From Candidatus Kaftiobacterium secundum (GTDB taxonomy: Bacteria > Sysuimicrobiota > Sysuimicrobiia > Sysuimicrobiales > Kaftiobacteriaceae): a DNA stretch of 64,000 nucleotides. This document shows, piece by piece, positions 9,205 to 17,631 of this stretch. Every line of letters begins with the position of its first letter. Position 1 is the first letter of the stretch. The notes beneath the pieces are model-generated. The model was not told the DNA's origin and made no database searches. It saw only the letters and a program-made list of their open reading frames with translations. The stretch is taken from contig JAVKHY010000005.1 in assembly GCA_031459765.1 (NCBI GenBank), positions 4,577 through 68,576 on the forward strand, read 5' to 3'. Made by a program: the position numbers and the translations under genes.

Positions 9205-10511
9205 GCGCGGCCGCCGGCCGTCTGGTGGAAGCCCTGGAATCCGCCCTCGGCCCGGCGGCGATTGCCACGGACGCCGCCACCTTGCAGGCGCATGCGGTGG
9301 ACGGGGTGGTGCCGAACGTCGTCTGCCGCCCGGCCGACGCGGAGCAGATTGCGGCGGTGCTGCGGCTCTGCGCGGAAGCCGACGCGGCGGTCGTGCCCTG
9401 GGGCGGCGGCACCACGATCGCCCTGGGGAACCTTCCGCGCCGTCTCGACGTCGTGCTGACCACCGGGCGCCTGGCGGCGCTCGGCGAACATGACGATGCC
9501 AACCTCACCGCCACGGTGCAGGCCGGGATGACCCTGGGTGCGCTGCAGGCGGCGCTCAGGCCACGCGGGCAGTTCCTGGCTCTGGATCCTCCGTGTCCGG
9601 AGCGGGCCACGGTGGGCGGGGTGGTCGCCGCCAACGTCAACGGACCGCGGCGGATGGCCTACGGCGGCGTGCGCGACCTGGTCATCGGGATGAAGATGGT
9701 CCTGGCCGACGGAGCACAGATCAAAGCCGGGGGCAAGGTGGTGAAGAACGTCGCCGGCTACGACATGTGCAAGCTGTTCGTCGGCTCGCTGGGCACACTG
9801 GGGATCATCACCGAGGTCACCTTCAAGATGACGCCGCTCCCGGAGGAGGCGGCGACGGTGGTGGCCGGCGGCGCGTCGGAGGCGGCCTTCGCCCTGGTGG
9901 ACGACCTCTTTGCCTCCACGCTGCAGCCCTGTGCGATCGCGGTGATGAACCGGCCGCCGGCGCCGATCCCCCTGCCCGGGGCGGCCGCCGTCGTGGCCGT
10001 GGGGGTGGAGGGCTTCACCGAAGCGGTGGCCCGCCACCTGCGGGAGATCACGGCCATGGCCGCCCGGGCCGGTCTGGAAGCGGAGGTCGTCACCGGGAGC
10101 GCGCACGCGGCCTGCTGGGCCGCCGTGCGCGACTTCCCACTCCCCGAGGTGTCGCCGCCGGCATACCAGGAGGCGCTGCTGCGGCTCACCGTGCCCCTGG
10201 GGTCCGTGGCCGCCGCGGTGGCGGCCCTCTCCGCCCTTGACGGGGGACTCTCCTACGTCGCCCACGCCGGCGTGGGGACGATCTGGATCCGTGCCGAACT
10301 CCACCGTGCCGCCGAGGTGTTTTCCGCGGTCGGGACTGTCGCGGCCTCGCACCGCGGGCACGCCGTCCTCGCCGCCGCCCCGGCCGCGGTGAAGCGGGAC
10401 CTGGATATCTGGGGCCCTCCGCCGCCGGCGCTGGCAATCATGAGGGAGATCAAACAGCGCTTCGATCCCCGGGGTCTGCTCAACCCCGGGCGGTTCGTGG
10501 CTTTTCTCTGA
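9201..10511 (+). CDS. glcE: Glycolate oxidase FAD-binding subunit GlcE
   Basis: FAD-binding PCMH domain protein lacking the catalytic C-terminal domain. It overlaps the glcF stop. Confidence 0.75.
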   Translation: MSAAAGRLVEALESALGPAAIATDAATLQAHAVDGVVPNVVCRPADAEQIAAVLRLCAEADAAVVPWGGGTTIALGNLPRRLDVVLTTGRLAALGEHDDANLTATVQAGMTLGALQAALRPRGQFLALDPPCPERATVGGVVAANVNGPRRMAYGGVRDLVIGMKMVLADGAQIKAGGKVVKNVAGYDMCKLFVGSLGTLGIITEVTFKMTPLPEEAATVVAGGASEAAFALVDDLFASTLQPCAIAVMNRPPAPIPLPGAAAVVAVGVEGFTEAVARHLREITAMAARAGLEAEVVTGSAHAACWAAVRDFPLPEVSPPAYQEALLRLTVPLGSVAAAVAALSALDGGLSYVAHAGVGTIWIRAELHRAAEVFSAVGTVAASHRGHAVLAAAPAAVKRDLDIWGPPPPALAIMREIKQRFDPRGLLNPGRFVAFL

Positions 10512-10542
10512 GCGGCGCCGACCACTCCGGGAGGAGCGTGAC

Positions 10543-12648
10543 GTGAATTCCCAGGTCGTCTTCGCCCTGGCCATCCACAACCACCAGCCGGTGGGAAACT
10601 TTCCCCACGTCTTCGAGGAGGCGTACGCCAGGAGCTACCTGCCCCTCCTGCGGCTGCTGGACCGCCACCCCCGCATCCGCCTGGCCCTCCACTACTCCGG
10701 ACCGCTCCTGGACTGGCTGCAGGGGGCGCACCCGGAGTTCTTCCCGCTGCTGCGCGGACTCGTCCGGCGCGGCCAGGTGGAGGTGATGACCGGCGGATAC
10801 TACGAGCCCATTCTGGTCAGCATCCCCGAGCGGGACCAGGTCGGACAGATCCGCAAGATGACGACGGAGTTGGAGCGGCGCTTCGGAGCGCGCCCCCGCG
10901 GGTTGTGGCTGGCGGAGCGGGTGTGGGAGCCGCACTTGGCCGGGACGCTGGCCGCCGCCGGTGTCGAGTACACGGTGGTGGACGACACCCACTTCCTCGC
11001 CGCCGGCCTCTCCGCCGACGACCTGACCGGCTATTTCGTCACGGAGGAGGGCGGGGCCACGCTCAAGGTCTTCCCCAGCCTCCGCGCGCTGCGCTACCTG
11101 ATCCCCTGGAAGCCGGTGGCGGAGGTCGTGGCCTTCCTCCGCAGCAAGGCTTCGCCGTCCGGCCCGCTGCTGTTGATGGGCGACGACGGCGAGAAGTTCG
11201 GGCTGTGGCCCGGGACCTACGCCCACTGCTGGGAGGCGGGCTGGATGGAGGAGTTCTTCACGGCGCTTGAGGAGGAGGCCGAATGGCTGGCGGTGCTTCC
11301 CCCGGGCGAAGCGGCCGACGGCCCCCCCGCCGGCCGGGTGTACCTGCCCACCGCCGCCTATGACGAGATGGAAGAGTGGGCGCTGCCGGCCGAGACCGGG
11401 ATCGCCTATCGCCAGGCCCGCCGCCGGCTGGAGGAAGAGCGTCATCCCGCCCTGCGGTTCGTGCGCGGGGGATTCTGGCGGCAGTTCCTGGTGAAGTATC
11501 CGGAGGTCAACACCCTGCACAAGAAGATGCTCCGCGTCAGCGAGAAGGTGTGGCGGATTCCCCCCGGGAGGAGACGGCGGCGCGCGCTGGAGGAGCTGTG
11601 GCAGGCGCAGTGCAACTGCCCCTACTGGCACGGCGTCTTCGGCGGCGTCTATCTGCCCCACATCCGCCGGGCCAACTTCGCCCACCTGATCGCCGCCGAA
11701 GCGCTGGCCGACGAGCACCTGGGCGCCGGGCCCAGAGTGCAGGTTGGGGATCTGGACGCGGACGGCGGACCGGAGGTCGAGATCTCCACGCCGTCGATGG
11801 TCCTGTGGGTGGATCCGGCCGAGGGAGCGGGGGTGGTGACCTGGGACTGGCGCGCCGCCCGCGTCAACCTGGTCGATGTGCTGGGCCGGCGGCGGGAAGC
11901 CTATCACGCGCAGCTGCTCGCCGCCCCGGGAGAGACGGCGGCGCCCGCGGCGGTCGAAACCATCCACACCGAACGGGTCCGCGTCAAGGAGCCCCACCTG
12001 GAGCGGCTGCTCGTCTACGACCGCTACCGCCGGGCCGCCTTTCTGGACCACCTGCTACCCGCCGGCGCGACACTGGAGGCCTGGGCCGCGGAGGAGTTTC
12101 CCGTTCCCTTCGCCGGACAGCCGTACCTGGCCGACCCTCCGGCCGGACCGTCGGCGGCCGTCTCCTGCCGCCGCGAGGCGACGGTGCGGACGGATGGGGG
12201 AACGGCGGCGGCGCGGATCGAGAAGCGGTTCCGGGCCGACGGCGCCGCGGCGCGCCTGCAGGTCCGCTATCGTGTCACAAACGTCGGGACGGCCGCTCTC
12301 CGCGCGCTGTTTGGGGTGGAGACCAACTGGGCGGTCTCCGAGGGGTCGACGATCGGCATCGGCGGATCGGCCGCCGGGGTCGCCCAGCGCAGGACGATCC
12401 AGGACGCCGATGTCATCGAGGTAACGGATCCGGGTTGGCCCGGACCCGTCCGATGCTCTTTTCCCCCCGCCACGGTCTGGCAGTGGCCCATCGAGACCGT
12501 TTCGAACTCGGAAGGAGGCTTCGAGCGCACGTTCCAGGGGCTGACGTGCGTCACCCTGTGGCCTCTTTCCCTCGCCCCCGGCGAGACGCGGGAGATCGCG
12601 ATCGACGCCACCCTGGGCGACCTCGCCGGTCGGGAGGTTCCGCGCTGA
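10543..12648 (+). CDS. Glycoside hydrolase family 57 protein (alpha-amylase / alpha-glucanotransferase-like)
   Basis: N-terminal GH57 signature AIHNHQPVGNF and a 701-aa multidomain architecture. Confidence 0.75.
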   Translation: MNSQVVFALAIHNHQPVGNFPHVFEEAYARSYLPLLRLLDRHPRIRLALHYSGPLLDWLQGAHPEFFPLLRGLVRRGQVEVMTGGYYEPILVSIPERDQVGQIRKMTTELERRFGARPRGLWLAERVWEPHLAGTLAAAGVEYTVVDDTHFLAAGLSADDLTGYFVTEEGGATLKVFPSLRALRYLIPWKPVAEVVAFLRSKASPSGPLLLMGDDGEKFGLWPGTYAHCWEAGWMEEFFTALEEEAEWLAVLPPGEAADGPPAGRVYLPTAAYDEMEEWALPAETGIAYRQARRRLEEERHPALRFVRGGFWRQFLVKYPEVNTLHKKMLRVSEKVWRIPPGRRRRRALEELWQAQCNCPYWHGVFGGVYLPHIRRANFAHLIAAEALADEHLGAGPRVQVGDLDADGGPEVEISTPSMVLWVDPAEGAGVVTWDWRAARVNLVDVLGRRREAYHAQLLAAPGETAAPAAVETIHTERVRVKEPHLERLLVYDRYRRAAFLDHLLPAGATLEAWAAEEFPVPFAGQPYLADPPAGPSAAVSCRREATVRTDGGTAAARIEKRFRADGAAARLQVRYRVTNVGTAALRALFGVETNWAVSEGSTIGIGGSAAGVAQRRTIQDADVIEVTDPGWPGPVRCSFPPATVWQWPIETVSNSEGGFERTFQGLTCVTLWPLSLAPGETREIAIDATLGDLAGREVPR

Positions 12649-15368
12649 CCGGCGCCCCCTATCCCGCCCACCGGGAGGCCGACGTCGTCCTGCGCGACGG
12701 TTCGACCGTCCGCGTTCGGCCCATCCGCCCCGAGGACCGGGCGGCCCTGCTGGCGTTGTTCCGGTCCCTGTCGGAGACGTCGCGCGCGCGCCGCTTTTTC
12801 GCCGGTGTCTCCGACCGGTTTCTCGACGAGGCGGCGGAGCGGCTGGTCGCTGTGGACTACGTCTCGCGCTTCGGACTGGTGGCCACGGCCGGGCCCGAGC
12901 AGCGCCTCATCGGCCACGCCTGCTACATCCAGACCGGTCCCCAGCGCGCCGAAGTGGCCTTCACGGTGGCCGACGACTTTCAGGGCCGGGGCCTGGGGAC
13001 GATCCTGCTGGGACAACTGGCCGAGATCGGCGCCGCACACGGCATCCGGGAGTTTGAAGCGGACGTCCTCCCGGAGAACCACCCGATGATCGACGTCTTC
13101 CGCCAGTCCGGTTTTCCCGTCGAGGTGACGGCCAGCCGGGACGGCATCCACGCCGTCTTCCCGACCGAGCTGGGGGAAGAGGCGCGCCTCCGATTCGAGC
13201 AGCGGGAGCGGATCGCCGCGGTCAACGCCCTCCGCCCGTTCTTCGCGCCGCGCGCCGTGGCCGTCATCGGGGCCTCCCGCCGGCGCGGCACCATCGGTGG
13301 GGAGGTCTTCCACAACCTCCTGGCCTACGGCTTCTCGGGAGAGATCTACGCCGTGAACCCAGCGGCGGCGGAGGTCCAGGGGCGGCGGGCCTACGCCAGC
13401 GTCCTCGACATCCCCGGGCCGGTGGATCTGGCGGTCATCGTCGTCCCCGCCGCGGCGGTGGCGGAGGTCGCCGAGCAGTGCGCGGGCAAGGGCGTCCGCG
13501 CCCTGGTCGTCATCTCCTCGGGGTTCGCCGAAGTCGGGCCGGCCGGCCGGGCCCTCCAGGACCGGCTGCTGGAGATCTGCCGGCGGTCGGGCATGCGGCT
13601 CATCGGGCCCAACTGCATGGGCATCGTCAGCACCGACCCTGCGGTGCGGCTCAACGCCACCTTCGTCCCCGTCCCGCCCCGCGAAGGCCGCGTGGCGTTC
13701 ATGTCCCAGAGCGGCGCGCTGGGGCTGGCCATCATGGACTACGCGGCGCAGCTGGGCCTGGGCATCTCCTCCTTCGCCTCGGTGGGGAACAAGGCCGACA
13801 TCTCCGGCAACGACCTGATCCAGTACTGGGAGGAGGACCCGCGGACGGACCTCATCCTCCTGTACCTGGAGTCCTTCGGGAATCCGCGGAAGTTCTCGCG
13901 CATCGCGCGCCGCGTCGCCAGGAGGAAGCCCATCGTCGTGGTAAAGAGCGGGCGCTCGCCCGCCGGCGCCCGGGCCACGACCTCGCACACCGGTGCGCTG
14001 CTGGCCGCGTCCGACGTCACGGTGGCCGCCCTGTTCCGACAGGCCGGCGTCATCCGCACCGATACGCTGAAGGAACTCTTCGATGTGGCGGCGCTGCTGG
14101 CCCACCAGCCCGCCCCCTCGGGCCGTCGGGTGGCGATCGTCACCAACTCCGGCGGTCCCGGCATCCTCTGCGCCGACACCGCCGAAAGCGAAGGGCTGGA
14201 GGTACCGATCCTGTCCGAGACCACACAGGCCGCGTTGCGGCGGTTTCTGCCGCCGGAGGCCAGCGTCGCCAATCCCGTGGATATGATCGCCTCGGCTACC
14301 GCGGACCACTACCGCCAGGCGGTCCGGGTGGTGGCCGCGGATCCGGGGGTGGACGCGGTGATCGCCATCTTCATCCCGCCCATGGTGACCCGCGCCGACG
14401 AGGTCGCCGCCGCGCTGGTTGCGGCGGCCGCGGAGATCCCCGCCGGGAAACCTCTGCTCACTGTGTTCATGTCGGCGCGGGGCGTCCCCGAAGTGTTGCG
14501 CGCCGCCGACGTCCGCATCCCGTCCTTCGCCTTTCCCGAAGACGCCGCGATCGCCCTGGCCCGGGCCGTCTCGTACGGGGAGTGGCGGGCGCGGCCCCCC
14601 GCCCCCCCGCCGGTGCTGACCGGGCTGCAGAGGGATCGCGCCGCGGCAGTCGTCGCCTCGGCGCTGCGCCGGGGTGCCGGCTGGCTCGAGCCGGAGGAGG
14701 TGGCCGCGCTGCTGACATGCTACGGCGTCCCCGTCCTCGAGCACCAGGTGGTGAGGACACCGCAGGACGCCGCTGCGGCCGCCTCCGCCATCGGCGCACC
14801 GGTCGCGCTGAAGGCCGTGGCGCCCGGCGTGGTCCACAAGACCGAGGCCGGCGGTGTGCGGCTGAATTTGACCGCCCCGGAGGTGCACGGGGCCGCCGAG
14901 GAGATGGCCCGGGCGTTCGAGCGCGCCGGACACCCCCTGACAGGGTACGTCGTGCAGCGCATGGCCCCGGGCGGCGTCGAGATGATCGTCGGCGTGGTGC
15001 ACGACCCGCAGTGTGGACCGGTGCTGGCCTGCGGGGCGGGAGGAGTGACCGTGGAGCTCCTCAACGATGTGGCGGTGCGCCTGACCCCCCTGACCGAGCA
15101 GGACGCCGCCGAGATGATCCGGGAGCTGCGGACCTATCCGCTGCTCACCGGCTATCGCGGCGCGCCTCCCCTCGACGTCCGCGCCCTGGAGGAGGTTGTG
15201 CTCCGCGTCGGCACGATGGTCGAGGATCTCCCCCAGATCGCCGAACTGGACTGCAACCCGGTCCTGGTGCACCGCCGCGGCGCCTCGGTCGTCGACGCCC
15301 GGGTCCGCGTGGCGCCGGCGGAGGCCCCGCCGCCGCTGGGGGCCCGGCCCCCGGCACGGCGAAGATGA
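12645..15368 (+). CDS. GNAT-fused NDP-forming acyl-CoA synthetase (protein lysine acetyltransferase PatA-like / ADP-forming acetyl-CoA synthetase)
   Basis: An N-terminal GNAT domain is followed by a CoA-binding domain (AVIGASRRRGTIGG), succinyl-CoA-synthetase-like ligase domains, and a C-terminal ATP-grasp domain. The start is uncertain; the first in-frame candidate is CTG 12645 after a GGGAGG. Confidence 0.7.
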   Translation: MTGAPYPAHREADVVLRDGSTVRVRPIRPEDRAALLALFRSLSETSRARRFFAGVSDRFLDEAAERLVAVDYVSRFGLVATAGPEQRLIGHACYIQTGPQRAEVAFTVADDFQGRGLGTILLGQLAEIGAAHGIREFEADVLPENHPMIDVFRQSGFPVEVTASRDGIHAVFPTELGEEARLRFEQRERIAAVNALRPFFAPRAVAVIGASRRRGTIGGEVFHNLLAYGFSGEIYAVNPAAAEVQGRRAYASVLDIPGPVDLAVIVVPAAAVAEVAEQCAGKGVRALVVISSGFAEVGPAGRALQDRLLEICRRSGMRLIGPNCMGIVSTDPAVRLNATFVPVPPREGRVAFMSQSGALGLAIMDYAAQLGLGISSFASVGNKADISGNDLIQYWEEDPRTDLILLYLESFGNPRKFSRIARRVARRKPIVVVKSGRSPAGARATTSHTGALLAASDVTVAALFRQAGVIRTDTLKELFDVAALLAHQPAPSGRRVAIVTNSGGPGILCADTAESEGLEVPILSETTQAALRRFLPPEASVANPVDMIASATADHYRQAVRVVAADPGVDAVIAIFIPPMVTRADEVAAALVAAAAEIPAGKPLLTVFMSARGVPEVLRAADVRIPSFAFPEDAAIALARAVSYGEWRARPPAPPPVLTGLQRDRAAAVVASALRRGAGWLEPEEVAALLTCYGVPVLEHQVVRTPQDAAAAASAIGAPVALKAVAPGVVHKTEAGGVRLNLTAPEVHGAAEEMARAFERAGHPLTGYVVQRMAPGGVEMIVGVVHDPQCGPVLACGAGGVTVELLNDVAVRLTPLTEQDAAEMIRELRTYPLLTGYRGAPPLDVRALEEVVLRVGTMVEDLPQIAELDCNPVLVHRRGASVVDARVRVAPAEAPPPLGARPPARRR

Positions 15369-15413
15369 ATCAGTGTCCGGAGGCCGGGTCGGCGCCGGAC
15401 GAGGAGGAGCGCC

Positions 15414-15791
15414 ATGAAGGCCAGGGAGATCATGACGACGGACGTCGTCACCCTGAAACCGACGCAGTCCGTCGAAGAAGCCACGATGGTCCTGCTGCGG
15501 CGCCACATCCACGGCGCGCCGGTGGTGGGCGACGACGGGCGGCTGGCGGGGATGGTCAACTTCATGGACCTGAAGCGCCACGCCGGAGAGGAACGCACGA
15601 TCGGCGACGTGATGTGGCCGGCCGTCGCGGTGGACGAGGAGGCCTCCGTGCAGGAGGTGGCGGCGAAGATGCTGGAGGAGAAGGTCCGGCGCGTCGTCGT
15701 GCTCCGCCAGGGCCGCGTGGCCGGGATCATCAGCGCCACCGACATCGTGCGCCTCTTCCTGGACCTGCACGAGGAGCCGCGGCGGGGCTGA
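15414..15791 (+). CDS. CBS-pair domain protein
   Basis: Tandem CBS motifs (IMTTDVVTL, HGAPVVGDDGRLAGMV, RRVVVLRQGRVAGIISATDI). Confidence 0.8.
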   Translation: MKAREIMTTDVVTLKPTQSVEEATMVLLRRHIHGAPVVGDDGRLAGMVNFMDLKRHAGEERTIGDVMWPAVAVDEEASVQEVAAKMLEEKVRRVVVLRQGRVAGIISATDIVRLFLDLHEEPRRG

Positions 15792-15914
15792 TCCTTTCGT
15801 GAAGGTGCCGCGGCGGTCCGATCCGGTGTCGGGCCTGGCCGTTTCGAGCCGGGTTCCCGGCGCGCCCGCCGAGGTCCTCACTCCTCGAGAGACATGGCGG
15901 GGGTGGAGGCGCCG

Positions 15915-16433
15915 TCAGCGTGTGCGCCAGAAGGCGGCGGTAACCGCCAGGGCGGCGAACAGAAGGAAGAAGGGGCGGTAGGCCAGGAGGGCCAGGACCG
16001 ATCCGGGGGAGACCGTACCTCCCGCGGCGAGCGTCACCGCCACCTGGGGACCAAGCAGCACGATCCCCGCGCCGCAGGCGATGGCGGCCGCCGTAGCCAT
16101 CGTCCGCCCCCGCTTCCACCCCGCCGCCCGGCTGGCCGCTTCGCCGATCAGGCCGCCGACGAACGGGCCGAGGAAGATCGCCAGGACGCCGAGCCGCCAG
16201 ACGAAGAGAATCCCCCCGGCCAGCATGCCGAGGGCGCCGGCCACCACCACGGCGGCGGCCAGCGCGCCGGGGCCGACCTGATAGATCCTGGGCAGTGGGG
16301 CGGTGCCGCAGGTCGGACACTTCATACCCACCGGCGTCTGCACCATGCAGTCGGGACAGATGGGCGTCCCGCAGCTCACGCAGGTAAGGCCCGTCTCGAC
16401 GTCGGGATGGCGCGCGCACCGCATCAGAATCAC
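15915..16433 (-). CDS. Zinc-ribbon (B-box-like) membrane protein, function unknown
   Basis: N-terminal CxxC-x-CxxC-x-CxxC cluster (CVSCGTPICPDCM...CPTCG) followed by about four hydrophobic helices. Confidence 0.5.
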   Translation of the reverse strand: MILMRCARHPDVETGLTCVSCGTPICPDCMVQTPVGMKCPTCGTAPLPRIYQVGPGALAAAVVVAGALGMLAGGILFVWRLGVLAIFLGPFVGGLIGEAASRAAGWKRGRTMATAAAIACGAGIVLLGPQVAVTLAAGGTVSPGSVLALLAYRPFFLLFAALAVTAAFWRTR

Positions 16434-16565
16434 CTTTCACCGCTTCGACCGGAATCCTGCGGAGAACCGCTTGGTGCAGAGCGACGAGGACGGCCAGCGG
16501 CGGGTCCGGTCACCACGGCGAGCCCCGGTCATGACAGGGGCTCGCTCGCCGCCCGGCGTGGAAGA

Positions 16566-16574
16566 TGGTATAAT
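16566..16574 (+). promoter_or_regulatory. Extended -10 promoter (TGgTATAAT)
   Basis: TGnTATAAT stands out in the GC-rich intergenic region. The predicted TSS is near 16581. Confidence 0.5.
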
Positions 16575-16581
16575 CCCCGTT

Positions 16582-16770
16582 GAACTATGCCGAATCCCCT
16601 TTCGTGGGGGAGCGGGGGAACCGACGCAGTTGCGGGGCGGATCTCGCGGCGGACGCGAGTAAGGGACTCTCGACCCGAGCCCGACAGCTAACCTCGTAGG
16701 CGGACGAGAGAGCCAATCCGGAAGAACTCGACGGCCCGGAGCGCTCTCCGGGTCGTCGTTGTTTCCGGGA
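16582..16770 (+). ncRNA. Candidate structured leader / small RNA upstream of yihY-otsAB, ending in a terminator-like hairpin
   Basis: Transcript predicted from the extended -10. It carries several GC hairpins (CCCCuuucguGGGG, CGCAguUGCG, CUCGCGgcggaCGCGAG). The final hairpin CCCGGAGcgcuCUCCGGG (16735-16752) is followed by the U-rich ucgucguuguuucc. Confidence 0.35.
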
Positions 16771-17631
16771 CGAATGAGGGCCGCGACCGCCGGCAGGGGA
16801 AAGGACGCATCCGTGACGCTGCAGCAGGCCAAGCAGACGACCGCCACGGTCTGGCACAGGATGGGTCGCGACAATGTTCTGGTCCTGGCCTCCTCGACGG
16901 CGTACGCCGCCGTGCTGTCGGTGTTTCCGCTGCTGGTCGCGGTGATCGCGCTGCTCAGCCTGTTCGTGGAGGGCTCCACGGCGCAGGAAGCGGTGGTCGC
17001 GGCGATCCGTCCCTATCTTCCCGAGCAGGCCCTGCTCGTCGTCCGCGACACGCTGCGCAGTGTGGTCCAGACCCGCCAGGCCGCCGGCGCCCTCGGAGCC
17101 GCGGGGTTGTTCTGGGGTGCCACGGCCGTGGCCGGCTCGCTGCGCAACTCCTTGGGCCGCGTGCTGGGCGGCCCTCCCCGCGCCTTCTGGCACCGGGCGG
17201 CCATCGATCTGGGAATGGCGATCCTGAGCGGGCTGTTCCTGAGCCTGTCGGTGCTGGGATCGGCGGTGCTGGCCGCACCCCCCGTCCGTCCGGCGGCCGC
17301 CCTCCTCGACCGGGTGACAGGGGCGCTGGGCGACGTGCTCCCGACGCTGGCGCCCACCGTGCTCTCCGTCGCCGCCTTCTCCGTCGTCTATCGCCTCCTG
17401 CCCCGCGTGCGGTTGCGCACCGCCACCGTGATGTGGGGGACGGCCCTGGCCGTGGGGCTCTTCGAACTGCTGAAACTGGGATTTTTCTGGTACCTGCGCA
17501 CGCTGGCCCGGTATCCCCTGGTCTACGGGCCGCTGGCCGGCATGATCGTCTTCATGGTCTGGGTGTACCTGGTCTCGGTGGTCGTGCTGCTCGGCGCCGA
17601 GGTGATGGCCGTGCTGGAGGGCCATGGATAG
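16759..17631 (+). CDS. YihY/BrkB family inner membrane protein
   Basis: Multi-TM protein with the conserved N-terminal AYAAVLSVFPLL motif. The start may be 16759, 16774 or 16813. Its stop overlaps the otsAB ATG. Confidence 0.75.
   Translation: MFPGRMRAATAGRGKDASVTLQQAKQTTATVWHRMGRDNVLVLASSTAYAAVLSVFPLLVAVIALLSLFVEGSTAQEAVVAAIRPYLPEQALLVVRDTLRSVVQTRQAAGALGAAGLFWGATAVAGSLRNSLGRVLGGPPRAFWHRAAIDLGMAILSGLFLSLSVLGSAVLAAPPVRPAAALLDRVTGALGDVLPTLAPTVLSVAAFSVVYRLLPRVRLRTATVMWGTALAVGLFELLKLGFFWYLRTLARYPLVYGPLAGMIVFMVWVYLVSVVVLLGAEVMAVLEGHG

Noticed and set aside
12267-15881. 1204-aa minus-strand ORF spanning the PatA-like gene
   Set aside because: It is antisense to a plus-strand gene with strong domain signatures (GNAT, CoA-binding, ATP-grasp). 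Its product is Arg/Gly-rich with no motifs.
16582-16770. Considered SRP RNA, tmRNA, RNase P RNA or 6S RNA for the structured intergenic RNA
   Set aside because: It lacks the SRP domain IV GGAAGGAAGCAGC motif, the tmRNA T-arm-like GGUUCGA..CCA end and tag ORF, and the RNase P P4 motifs. A GGAACCGACG segment resembles the tmRNA UUCGACG motif only superficially. It is kept as an unclassified candidate leader RNA.
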